Origin: Candidatus Baldrarchaeota archaeon
GTDB taxonomy: Archaea; Asgardarchaeota; Baldrarchaeia; Baldrarchaeales; DXJG01
DNA length: 32,000 nucleotides
NCBI GenBank assembly: GCA_019056805.1
Contig: DXJG01000002.1
Coordinates: 7,855-39,854 of the forward strand
Direction: 5' to 3'
Positions 24,607-32,000 of the stretch are shown here, one piece after another. A program made the position numbers and the translations under genes. How positions within the stretch are numbered: position 1 is the first letter of the stretch; each line of letters starts with the position of its first letter. Under the pieces are notes generated by a model. The model saw nothing but the letters and a program-made list of their open reading frames with translations. It did no database searches and was not told where the DNA came from.

Positions 24607-25335
24607 ATGGGTAAAAGAATTCTTGTTCAAAGAAGAGGACGTGGAAGCCCTACATTTAGGGCAAATACTCACAAGCGAAGAGGAAAAGTTAAATATCGTC
24701 CACTTTCAGATGTAGAAAGTAAAGGTAAAATTGCGGGTAGAATAATCGAACTTCTTCATGATCCTGGACGAGGAGCTCCTGTCGCACGCGTAATGTTTGA
24801 AGATGGAGACGAAAGACTTGTTCTTGTACCAGAAGGATCTTATGTAGGTCAACTTATAGAATGTGGAATCGAAGCACCGATAAAACCTGGAAATGTACTC
24901 CCTCTTGCTCAAATTCCTGAGGGAACTATCGTGTGCAATATTGAAGGAGTTCCTGGAGATGGCGGAAAATTCGCCAGAGCATCAGGAACTTACGGCATAG
25001 TCGTCACACATACCGTTGATAAAACATATGTCCAGCTTCCTTCTGGTAAAGTAAAAGCTTTCAACCCAGCGTGCAGAGCGACAATAGGGCTTGTCGCTGG
25101 AGGAGGAAGAACAGAAAAACCTTTCGTCAAGGCAGGTAAAAAATATCATCTGGTGAAAGCCAAAGGATGGAAGTGGCCAATAGTGAGAGGCGTAGCTATG
25201 AACGCATGTTCACATCCGCATGGTGGTGGCAGCCATCAATCACCAGGCAAACCAACAACAGTACCCAGAACAGCCCCTCCAGGCAGAAAAGTCGGTCACA
25301 TAGCTGCTCGTAGAACTGGAAGGAAGAAGAGGTAA
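24607..25335 (+). CDS. rpl2: 50S ribosomal protein L2
   Basis: [52 protein letters not shown]-like, [48 protein letters not shown]. Confidence 0.99.
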   Translation: MGKRILVQRRGRGSPTFRANTHKRRGKVKYRPLSDVESKGKIAGRIIELLHDPGRGAPVARVMFEDGDERLVLVPEGSYVGQLIECGIEAPIKPGNVLPLAQIPEGTIVCNIEGVPGDGGKFARASGTYGIVVTHTVDKTYVQLPSGKVKAFNPACRATIGLVAGGGRTEKPFVKAGKKYHLVKAKGWKWPIVRGVAMNACSHPHGGGSHQSPGKPTTVPRTAPPGRKVGHIAARRTGRKKR

Positions 25336-25462
25336 TTTTTACTTTTGAAATTCTTTCTACTTTTAAAGTTTAAGTATTATTGAGATATTTCAGATATATT
25401 CCCAAGCTATTTATAATACCACTCTCTCTTCTTTTTCAGCTAAAATTGAATGGAGGTCTTCA

Positions 25463-25630
25463 ATGAAACTAATTACTGTACACTTGCCTGAAGCTTACCT
25501 TAAGGGATTAGACAAACTAGTTAAACGTAGAATGTACCCAAATCGCAGCGAAGCAATCAGAATAGCCATCAGAGATCTTTTAAAAAGAGAACTTTGGGAA
25601 CAGGTCAAACTATGGGGGGATAGACTTTGA
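25463..25630 (+). CDS. Small ribbon-helix-helix (CopG/MetJ-type) protein, 55 aa, CdrS-like position upstream of ftsZ; not in the supplied ORF track
   Basis: Manual translation gives MKLITVHLPEAYLKGLDKLVKRRMYPNRSEAIRIAIRDLLKRELWEQVKLWGDRL*. SD-like tggagg lies 6-12 nt upstream. The stop TGA overlaps the ftsZ TTG start. Confidence 0.88.
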   Translation: MKLITVHLPEAYLKGLDKLVKRRMYPNRSEAIRIAIRDLLKRELWEQVKLWGDRL

Positions 25631-26829
25631 AAACGTTAATAAAAGATGCCCTAAATCATTCTAAAGTAGAAAAAACCAGAACATATGTAAGAGAGCCTGG
25701 AAGAGCCAGAATAGTCGTCGTAGGAGCTGGTGGTGCAGGAAATAACACAGTAAACAGATTGATGACAATCGGCATACAAGGTGCCGAGTGTATAGCAGTA
25801 AATACCGATAAACAACATTTAGATAGTGTAAAGGCCCACAGAAAAATTTTGATAGGCGAAAACCTCACAAGAGGTCTTGGAGCTGGAGGATTCCCCGAAA
25901 TCGGTGCAGCGGCTGCAGAAGAAAGTCGAGACATGCTTACTGAAGCTTTAAGCGACTCTGATTTGGTCTTTATAACCTACGGGCTCGGAGGCGGAACTGG
26001 AACTGGAAGTGGTCCAATAATAGCTGAAATAGCAAAGGAAATAGGAGCTATAGTTGTAGGAGTCGTCACAATGCCATTTAAGGTTGAACGCGCACGGATA
26101 AAAAGAGCAAAAGAGGGACTAAGAAAATTAATTAGAAAAGCAGATACTGTTGTAGTTATTGATAATAATCGTTTATTAGAAATAGCGCCAGATTTACCTA
26201 TTGATGAAGCGTTTAGTGTTGCCGATGAAATACTGGCAAATATGGTAAAAGGAATCACAGAGACTATTGCCTTGCCTTCTCTAATAAACCTTGATTATGC
26301 TGACGTAAGAACCATTATGAGTAACGGTGAAGTTGCAATGGTAGGCTTAGGTGAAAGTAGTGGTCATGATCGGGCAAAGGAAGCTGTTATTGATGCGTTA
26401 CAAAATCCTCTTTTAGATATAGATATAACTGGCGCCAAAGGAGCACTTATTCATGTAAGTGGCGGGCCTGATATGAGTTTACGAGAAGCTGAGAGATGTG
26501 CTGAGATAGTAGTTGAAAAAATGGATCCAAATGCACAAATCATTTGGGGAGCCAGGGTAGACCCACATCTAGAAGATTTATTACGTGTCATTCTCATAGT
26601 TACAGGTGTTAAAAGCCCTCACTTACTCGGTCCTAATGATGGTGGTAATTTAGAGCTTTTTGAGGAAGAGTTCGGAGGATTAGAAGAGGACTTATACTTT
26701 GGTATGCCTGGAAAAGCTGAAATTAAAAGCTTTAGTGATGTTAGAGCTCTATTAGATGGGAAAAAACCATCGCTTGCATTAAAAGAAGGAAAGCTAGACT
26801 TGAAGAAACTAGTGGACCCTTTGGATTAA
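25627..26829 (+). CDS. ftsZ: Cell division protein FtsZ (TTG start)
   Basis: RIVVVGAGGAGNNTVNRL, tubulin signature FITYGLGGGTGTGSGP, PFKVERARIKRAKEGL, NLDYADVRTIMSNGEVAMVGLGESSG. Confidence 0.98.
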   Translation: MKTLIKDALNHSKVEKTRTYVREPGRARIVVVGAGGAGNNTVNRLMTIGIQGAECIAVNTDKQHLDSVKAHRKILIGENLTRGLGAGGFPEIGAAAAEESRDMLTEALSDSDLVFITYGLGGGTGTGSGPIIAEIAKEIGAIVVGVVTMPFKVERARIKRAKEGLRKLIRKADTVVVIDNNRLLEIAPDLPIDEAFSVADEILANMVKGITETIALPSLINLDYADVRTIMSNGEVAMVGLGESSGHDRAKEAVIDALQNPLLDIDITGAKGALIHVSGGPDMSLREAERCAEIVVEKMDPNAQIIWGARVDPHLEDLLRVILIVTGVKSPHLLGPNDGGNLELFEEEFGGLEEDLYFGMPGKAEIKSFSDVRALLDGKKPSLALKEGKLDLKKLVDPLD

Positions 26830-26969
26830 CCACTCAGATTTCCGATACTAAACAAGCATAACAACTATATAATGACAATTATTTGTATAAATAAATCTTC
26901 ATGGCTTTTAGAATATACATTCATTATATGTAACTAGTAACTTCTTAACATTTAGGAGCATATGTATTC

Positions 26970-27401
26970 TTATTTTTTCATCTCTTCTATGAATTCATCG
27001 TATATTCGTTTTACTCTTTCAGCCAGCGGGCCTTCTCCTTCTACTCCATTTTCTGTAACTTTTATTTTATTAAATACAAGGATTATTCCAGCCTCCTCAA
27101 GGATTTTTACTGCTCCTTTCTGTGGAAATACTTTTTCTAGCTTTTGTGCAAGAGCCTTGAGATTAAATGGTTCCTCAGCCTCTATTATTTCTGCAACGTT
27201 ATGACCATATATGAATACTTTATGGTAGGTGTTTCCCTCGCTATCTTTTACATCCGATAAACATAAACTCAAACTCTTGTCATCATATCCCTCAAATTTT
27301 CCAGTGTACCTTTTTCCTGAAACAGTAATTACGTTTACATGTGTTCCAAGCATTGTTGCAAGTTCTTTAAAGAATCTTCTAGTTATAGCACTATCTATCA
27401 T
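26970..27401 (-). CDS. Sm-like (LSm) protein with C-terminal extension, SmAP3-like architecture
   Basis: FFKELATMLGTHVNVITVSGKRYTGKFEGYDDKSLSLCLSDVKDSEGNTYHKVFIYGHNVAEIIEAEE is the Sm fold, followed by a roughly 70-aa alpha/beta-like extension. Confidence 0.85.
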   Translation of the reverse strand: MIDSAITRRFFKELATMLGTHVNVITVSGKRYTGKFEGYDDKSLSLCLSDVKDSEGNTYHKVFIYGHNVAEIIEAEEPFNLKALAQKLEKVFPQKGAVKILEEAGIILVFNKIKVTENGVEGEGPLAERVKRIYDEFIEEMKK

Positions 27402-27427
27402 GTGAAATACCTCCTTTTGTTTTAATT

Positions 27428-27474
27428 GAGTAATTCAACAGTGTTAATTATTTTTACATTAATAACACTTACTC
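27428..27474. repeat. Interrupted inverted repeat upstream of the LSm gene
   Basis: gagtaa (27428-27433) pairs with ttactc (27469-27474), and gtgtta (27441-27446) pairs with taacac (27463-27468). Confidence 0.45.
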
Positions 27475-27946
27475 ACTGCAGGGTAAGAAACTGTTAATTA
27501 TGAAGCTTTTTCTTTAAACTAATAAATTTGATTGAAAGATGTCTTTGTGAATATTGATAAAAGTAAGAAAGAAATACTGAAACATATTTTGACACAGTTC
27601 TTTTACATGTATCAAATAACAAAAAGGAAAATGAGTACCCTTTTCATTAGGTTATTCATTAATACAGAAGTTTTGAAAAATTTCTATTAACCTTTCTCTT
27701 TTAATTGTTAGAAAATATTGACGATTATTTCTTTCATAAGTAATGTGAAGTCGTGGAGATTTTCAGTAATTGTTGAAATTTATTCTTATAATTTTCTTTA
27801 CTTTCAAGAAACTCTCTTTCTCCTCTTTCATATGTTTTTCTAATTTATGGCCATGAAGGTTAAACAGAAACTAGTTTCGTTTAATACTTATAGTTGGTAT
27901 CAAAAAGACAGAAAAATCGGTTTTTTAATCTTATTTTGGGCTAAAA

Positions 27947-28987
27947 ATGAAGAAAGATAGAATATCTTGCTTCGAGTGTAAAGGTGAAGTTGTTATTCAC
28001 AATGGTCAGTATGTCTGCTCAAATTGTGGACTAGTTATTGGACCGGAGTACCTTCCCCCTATTGTAGAGTTTAGTTCCACGGAGGATAGTTTAGGTATTT
28101 CTTCTAAACAATATGTATCACTCGGATCCCGAGTTCACATAGTAGATGGATTAGGAAGCTACATAGATTATCATATGACTCCATTTTTTAAAGACAGTCA
28201 TGGCGAGTCTCTTGTTCCATTCAAACAACGTCTATTTAGAAGGCTAAAATATATGTACGACTTAAGAACAAGGATTAGCGGGAATGAAACTAATTACAGA
28301 GCATTAAGGACTTTAAACAGGGCGTGTCGTGTCCTTCAATTGCCAGATTCTGTAAGAGACAGAGCAGCATATTATTATCAAAAAATTTCCAAAAAATATG
28401 ATAAATTAAAAGAAGATTCAACGAATCATATAGTTCTTGCAGCTGCATGTCTTCTTTTTGCTATAAGAGAATATAAGCACATAGCTCCCGTGACAATCCA
28501 AGAGTTAGTTGAAGTTTTTAAAAACATGGGACATCGCGTAAGCGTACGTCGTGTAGTCAGAGAAATCACCGTTGTGAAAAAGATAGTAAACGCAAAGAAT
28601 TACGTAAGAAAAAGCGAAGATTATATTTACAGAATTATCTCAGCGATTATAAATTCGAAAGATGTGATCATGCAACTACAATCCCTAAACATTCCTTATG
28701 ACCATTTTAAACGATTACTATTAAAAGAAACACTAAAACTGCTTCGAAGTCTAAATTTCTCTATCCGAAAAGGACGGAATCCTTACATACTAGCCGTTGC
28801 TTCAGTCTATGCAGCATCTAAGAAAATATCATCCCAATTAGGCACTAAACGGATTCTAACTCAAAAACTTGTAGCAAAACTCTCCGGAGTTGCTGAATAT
28901 AGTGTCAGAGATCATTATTGCTCTCTTTTAAAGAAAATTATAGAAAAGCAAGGAGACAATAAACTTGAAGCCAGACCAATTCAATAA
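27947..28987 (+). CDS. Divergent transcription initiation factor B (TFB/TFIIB-like)
   Basis: Zinc ribbon CFECKGEVVIHNGQYVCSNCGLVIGPEYL. Two cyclin-like repeats, the second containing KGRNPYILAVASVYAASKKI...LTQKLVAKLSGVAEYSVRDHYCSLLKKI. The B-reader/linker region is poorly conserved. Confidence 0.85.
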   Translation: MKKDRISCFECKGEVVIHNGQYVCSNCGLVIGPEYLPPIVEFSSTEDSLGISSKQYVSLGSRVHIVDGLGSYIDYHMTPFFKDSHGESLVPFKQRLFRRLKYMYDLRTRISGNETNYRALRTLNRACRVLQLPDSVRDRAAYYYQKISKKYDKLKEDSTNHIVLAAACLLFAIREYKHIAPVTIQELVEVFKNMGHRVSVRRVVREITVVKKIVNAKNYVRKSEDYIYRIISAIINSKDVIMQLQSLNIPYDHFKRLLLKETLKLLRSLNFSIRKGRNPYILAVASVYAASKKISSQLGTKRILTQKLVAKLSGVAEYSVRDHYCSLLKKIIEKQGDNKLEARPIQ

Positions 28988-30533
28988 TTTATCCAAAGAT
29001 CAGATTTTAGATCAATATACGGTGGGACCCTACATTGTAACCATACTATCAACTAGCGATCGGAGTTTCCACAATATGTATACTTATTCTTCAATTCTTG
29101 AATTATCTCCCTCCCTAAAAGGTATATTTTACCTAACAGTCCAACACCTTGTGTCTAGTGGAGAGTCAATATCTTCCTTGCTATTTGACCAAATTTTAGC
29201 TGACAAGATAGAAACAGCAAAACTTTTTATAAAAAACACCAAAATTCAACTCTCAAATGACATTATTCAGAAATTAGCCGAACTTTCAACATTTAAATCT
29301 ATGAATTTAGAGAAATTATTTCCTTTTTTACTTGACGAAAATATAGAAGAAATTTTTCTTGATTCCCTTAGTTCCCCAATTTATTTAGATCACAGAAAAT
29401 GGGGAAGGTGTCTAACAGATACCTACCTTTCCGAACGAGAGCTTGAAAGTTTTATTACTCTAATAAGAGCTAACAGTGGGTACAGACTTGATACAACAAA
29501 CCCTTCATTAAAAACAGAATTAATTACAAAACGCTTTCATGTTAGAGTATCACTTGATATACATCCATTAGTTGTTGACAAAGTTCATTTAGATATTAGA
29601 AAAGTTAGAAGAAAAGTCTTTACCCTACCAGAATTGATTGCCAATGGAACAATTTCTCCTGACATCTGTGCGTACGTTTATTTTTGTTTGCTACGTAGAA
29701 GAAATATCACTGTAACAGGAGAACCAGGAGCTGGGAAGACTACTCTAATAAATGCTTTTGACATTCTGACTCCACCTGATTGGAGAAAAATAACAATAGA
29801 AGATGTTATCGAAAGTATTCCACAACTTAAATACGGGAAACACCAAGTAAGATTTAAGGTGGAACCATACGAAGAAGGCGAGAAAAAATATAGCAAATCA
29901 AGTGAAATAATTAAATTGTTACACAGATCTCCAGACTACATCTACTTGGGAGAAATCCAAACAAAAGAACATAGTAAAGCTATGTTTCACGCTTTAAGTG
30001 CAGGTTTAACAGGTCTGCAAACCTGTCATTCAGCAGGTCCTGAGGACCTGCTATTACGTTGGCTTTTTCATCATAAAATTCCGATAATAGCGTTTCAATC
30101 ACTTGATATAATTATTCATACCAAAAGGATTAAAATCAACGGAAAATATGTTAGGCGAATTATCCGAGTTTGCGAGTTGGATATGCCTAAAAAGGTAAAA
30201 TTCAACCTCAATCTTCACGAAATACGTATAATTGATATATTTAAGTGGAATCCTGCCACGGATATCCATGAACAATACTTCGATGATCTATATAACACAC
30301 CAACGATTCAAAAAATTAGGAAATACGAAAAATTGGATAAAAAGCAATTTTACAACGAAATAGAAATGCTTTACAACATTTTTAAGATATTAGCTGAAAG
30401 AAAAATCTTTGATGTAACAAAAATAGTTAAGTTTTTTGATTATATTAATAGAGTACATGCAAAATGGAGAAGAAGAGAAGCAGACTTAGAACAAATATTA
30501 TCCAAGTTTTTCAAAGCGAATATTGTGGTTTAA
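28965..30533 (+). CDS. Type II/IV secretion (VirB11/TadA/GspE superfamily) ATPase; start uncertain (TTG 28965 or GTG 29022)
   Basis: RFHVRVSLDIHPLVVDKVHLDIRK, Walker A TGEPGAGKTTLINAF, PQLKYGKHQVRFKVE, Walker B-like DYIYLGEIQTKEHSKAMFHALSAGLTGLQTCHS. Confidence 0.88.
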   Translation: MKPDQFNNLSKDQILDQYTVGPYIVTILSTSDRSFHNMYTYSSILELSPSLKGIFYLTVQHLVSSGESISSLLFDQILADKIETAKLFIKNTKIQLSNDIIQKLAELSTFKSMNLEKLFPFLLDENIEEIFLDSLSSPIYLDHRKWGRCLTDTYLSERELESFITLIRANSGYRLDTTNPSLKTELITKRFHVRVSLDIHPLVVDKVHLDIRKVRRKVFTLPELIANGTISPDICAYVYFCLLRRRNITVTGEPGAGKTTLINAFDILTPPDWRKITIEDVIESIPQLKYGKHQVRFKVEPYEEGEKKYSKSSEIIKLLHRSPDYIYLGEIQTKEHSKAMFHALSAGLTGLQTCHSAGPEDLLLRWLFHHKIPIIAFQSLDIIIHTKRIKINGKYVRRIIRVCELDMPKKVKFNLNLHEIRIIDIFKWNPATDIHEQYFDDLYNTPTIQKIRKYEKLDKKQFYNEIEMLYNIFKILAERKIFDVTKIVKFFDYINRVHAKWRRREADLEQILSKFFKANIVV

Positions 30534-30567
30534 ATATTGAAATAATCACTAATTAAGGGATATTGAA

Positions 30568-30783
30568 ATGAAAAAAGAACTATTGAACATAACTCGATTG
30601 CTAAAGGATGAAAAAGCTTCACCTTTAATCGAAGAAGGATTACTTATAGGTTTATCCCTAATAATAATAGCTATAATTGTAGGAATCGTACTACGTACTA
30701 TGGGGTGGACCCAAGATATTTTTAACTCTATTTTAGAACAACTTGAAGAAATCAAAAAATCTATATCCCAAATGTTCAGTTAA
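30568..30783 (+). CDS. Small single-TM protein, Flp/class III pilin-like
   Basis: 71 aa: MKKELLNITRLLKDEKASPLIEEGLLIGLSLIIIAIIVGIVLRTMGWTQDIFNSILEQLEEIKKSISQMFS. Charged leader, E-E-G then a hydrophobic helix, then an amphipathic tail. Starts 34 nt after the ATPase gene, with SD-like taagggat/ttgaaatg context. Confidence 0.65.
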   Translation: MKKELLNITRLLKDEKASPLIEEGLLIGLSLIIIAIIVGIVLRTMGWTQDIFNSILEQLEEIKKSISQMFS

Positions 30784-30827
30784 ACCAAAAATTAGAGTTT
30801 TCTGGGTAATTGGTGCCGCGGCCGGGA

Positions 30828-30857
30828 TTTATCCACACTCGAGGTAAGCTCGAGTGT
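30828..30857 (-). other. Non-canonical T-loop intron of tRNA-Met (about 30 nt, position 59/60) containing a perfect 9-bp hairpin
   Basis: TTCAAA|acactcgagcttacctcgagtgtggataaa|T. ACACTCGAG pairs with CTCGAGTGT. Confidence 0.85.
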
Positions 30858-30878
30858 TTTGAACCCGGGTCCAGGGCT

Positions 30879-30909
30879 CGAATGACCTGAGGGTTGCTAT
30901 TCAACTCCT
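30879..30909 (-). other. Canonical 37/38 intron of tRNA-Met (about 31 nt)
   Basis: aggagttgaatagcaaccctcaggtcattcg lies between G37 (30910) and A38 (30878). Confidence 0.85.
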
Positions 30910-31008
30910 CATGAGGCCCCGATGCTTGGCCGGGCTACACCACCGCGGCACAAACTAAATTTTAAACAGTGATCAAATAAACCTTTTGTTAGATAAGGTA
31001 ATTTTATA

Positions 31009-31575
31009 TTAAAAGGGGAGATTTGCTTGTCTTAAACGACTTTTTAAAAATTTAATTCCCTCGTCGACAGCTTTTAGGTTTATATTTCTCATAGATTCGG
31101 GAACAATATCAGTTATCGCTCTTTTTAATGAGTTTTCGGATACAATCTTTGTGAATCTAGCCGCCGCTGCAATAATAACAATATTAGCGACCATGCGATT
31201 TCCTATTACTTTCTCCGCGATCTCTATTGCCGGAACACCCAAAGTCTTAAGTTTTTTTCTTTTCGGAATATCTTTAACTAAGCTTTGCTCAAAAATGAGG
31301 TTTCCATCATCCTTTAGGTAAGGTAAATATCTTTTTAATCCATCTTGGCTCATTGCAATTAATATGTCACATTTTCTAACCTTTGGATAATTTATTTTTT
31401 TGTCATTCATTATAATTTCGCTCTTCGCAGCAGTGCCACGAGCCTCTGCACCATAACTTTGAGTTTGGACGACTTCCTTATTTTCGTAAATAGCTGCAGC
31501 TCTAGCTAAAATTCTACCAGCTAGTACGACTCCCATTCCGCCAATTCCAACAATTATAATCTCAATTCTTGTCAT
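31009..31575 (-). CDS. korC: 2-oxoacid:ferredoxin oxidoreductase, gamma subunit (2-oxoglutarate-type likely)
   Basis: IIIVGIGGMGVVLAGRILARAAAIYENKEVVQTQSYGAEARGTAAKSEIIMNDKKINYPKVRKCDILIAMSQDG. Confidence 0.9.
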   Translation of the reverse strand: MTRIEIIIVGIGGMGVVLAGRILARAAAIYENKEVVQTQSYGAEARGTAAKSEIIMNDKKINYPKVRKCDILIAMSQDGLKRYLPYLKDDGNLIFEQSLVKDIPKRKKLKTLGVPAIEIAEKVIGNRMVANIVIIAAAARFTKIVSENSLKRAITDIVPESMRNINLKAVDEGIKFLKSRLRQANLPF

Positions 31576-32000
31576 TGTTTTCCCTCACTAAACGAATTAT
31601 CTTATAGATATTGCTAATAAACCCAGGTCTATCTCTATCTGCAAACTCTCCAACTATAATCTTATCTTCTGTTTCTTTTACATTCTGAGCTTGGTTAATA
31701 TGAATACTTTGTTTTTGAAACCATTTCATAAGATCTATACCTGTAGGTTTACCTATTCTTCTTCCAAAAGCTGTAGGACACTGCGAAACAACTTCTATAA
31801 AGCGAAACCCCTCCTTTTTTAATGCCTTCTTTATCGATCTAATAAGTTGCCTTACGTGCACAGTTGTCCACCGTGCCACAAAATTCGCTCCAGCACTTTC
31901 AACTAATCTTACAAGATCAAAGGGATATTCAGGATTGCCATAAGGTGTAGTAGTAGTTGTAACGCCGTGAAGCGTAGTGGGACCTACTTGACCACCAGTC
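31562..32000 (-). CDS. korB: 2-oxoacid:ferredoxin oxidoreductase, beta subunit, C-terminal part (truncated at right window edge)
   Basis: The frame continues upstream of the listed ORF: GGQVGPTTLHGVTTTTTPYGNPEYPFDLVRLVESAGANFVARWTTVHVRQLIRSIKKALKKEGFRFIEVVSQCPTAFGRR. Overlaps korC by 14 nt. Confidence 0.92.
   Translation of the reverse strand, partial: TGGQVGPTTLHGVTTTTTPYGNPEYPFDLVRLVESAGANFVARWTTVHVRQLIRSIKKALKKEGFRFIEVVSQCPTAFGRRIGKPTGIDLMKWFQKQSIHINQAQNVKETEDKIIVGEFADRDRPGFISNIYKIIRLVRENNDKN

Larger units (their letters stand above)
30811..30949 (-). tRNA. tRNA-Met(CAU) (elongator-type or Ile2 not separated), encoded CCA (30811-30813), with two introns
   Basis: Acceptor GCCGCGG/CCGCGGC, A73. 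D-arm GTGT...GCAT. Anticodon stem GGGGC/GCCCT, loop CTCATG+A. T-stem CCGGG/CCCGG with T-loop TTCAAA|T interrupted. Removing 31 + 30 nt gives 75 nt. Confidence 0.92.

Noticed and set aside
26962-27204. 80-aa + strand ORF at the ftsZ-LSm boundary
   Set aside because: It is antisense to the conserved C-terminal part of the LSm-family protein, and its Ser/Thr/Phe-rich translation is typical of an antisense frame.

Overview
This is an archaeal chromosome segment. It is mostly a conserved informational-gene neighbourhood and reads as typical archaeal core genome, with no CRISPR array, transposase or integrase visible. Gene order: etfA (3' end), methylmalonyl-CoA mutase large subunit, tRNA-Thr, unknown membrane/coiled-coil protein, rpiA, PIN-ATPase, EndA-like tRNA-splicing endonuclease subunit, hydrogenase-maturation-protease-like protein, mtnA, HTH-phosphoribosyltransferase regulator, tRNA-Asp, rpoH-rpoB-rpoA1-rpoA2-rpl30e-nusA-rps12, tuf-rps10, tRNA-Ser, archease, wHTH protein, SPOUT-type protein, rpl3-rpl4-rpl23-rpl2, RHH protein-ftsZ, Sm-like protein, divergent TFB-like factor, VirB11/TadA-type ATPase, small pilin-like protein, tRNA-Met, and 2-oxoacid:ferredoxin oxidoreductase gamma and beta (partial). 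The observations most worth following are: (1) all four tRNA genes found contain introns, six in total. Three sit at non-canonical sites (D-stem, D-loop, T-loop), and the EndA homologue in the window appears to lack the catalytic His. (2) A divergent TFB-like gene is tightly followed by a secretion/pilus-type ATPase and a Flp-pilin-like peptide. (3) The nucleotide skew flips very sharply (A/C-rich to G/T-rich) around tRNA-Thr at about 2.3-2.8 kb, which makes it a replication-origin-like candidate. (4) Conserved ribosomal operons are broken: rps7 is absent between rps12 and tuf, and the S10-type operon ends at rpl2 and is followed by an RHH-ftsZ pair. All calls come from reading the sequence and the supplied ORFs; no database search or folding program was run.
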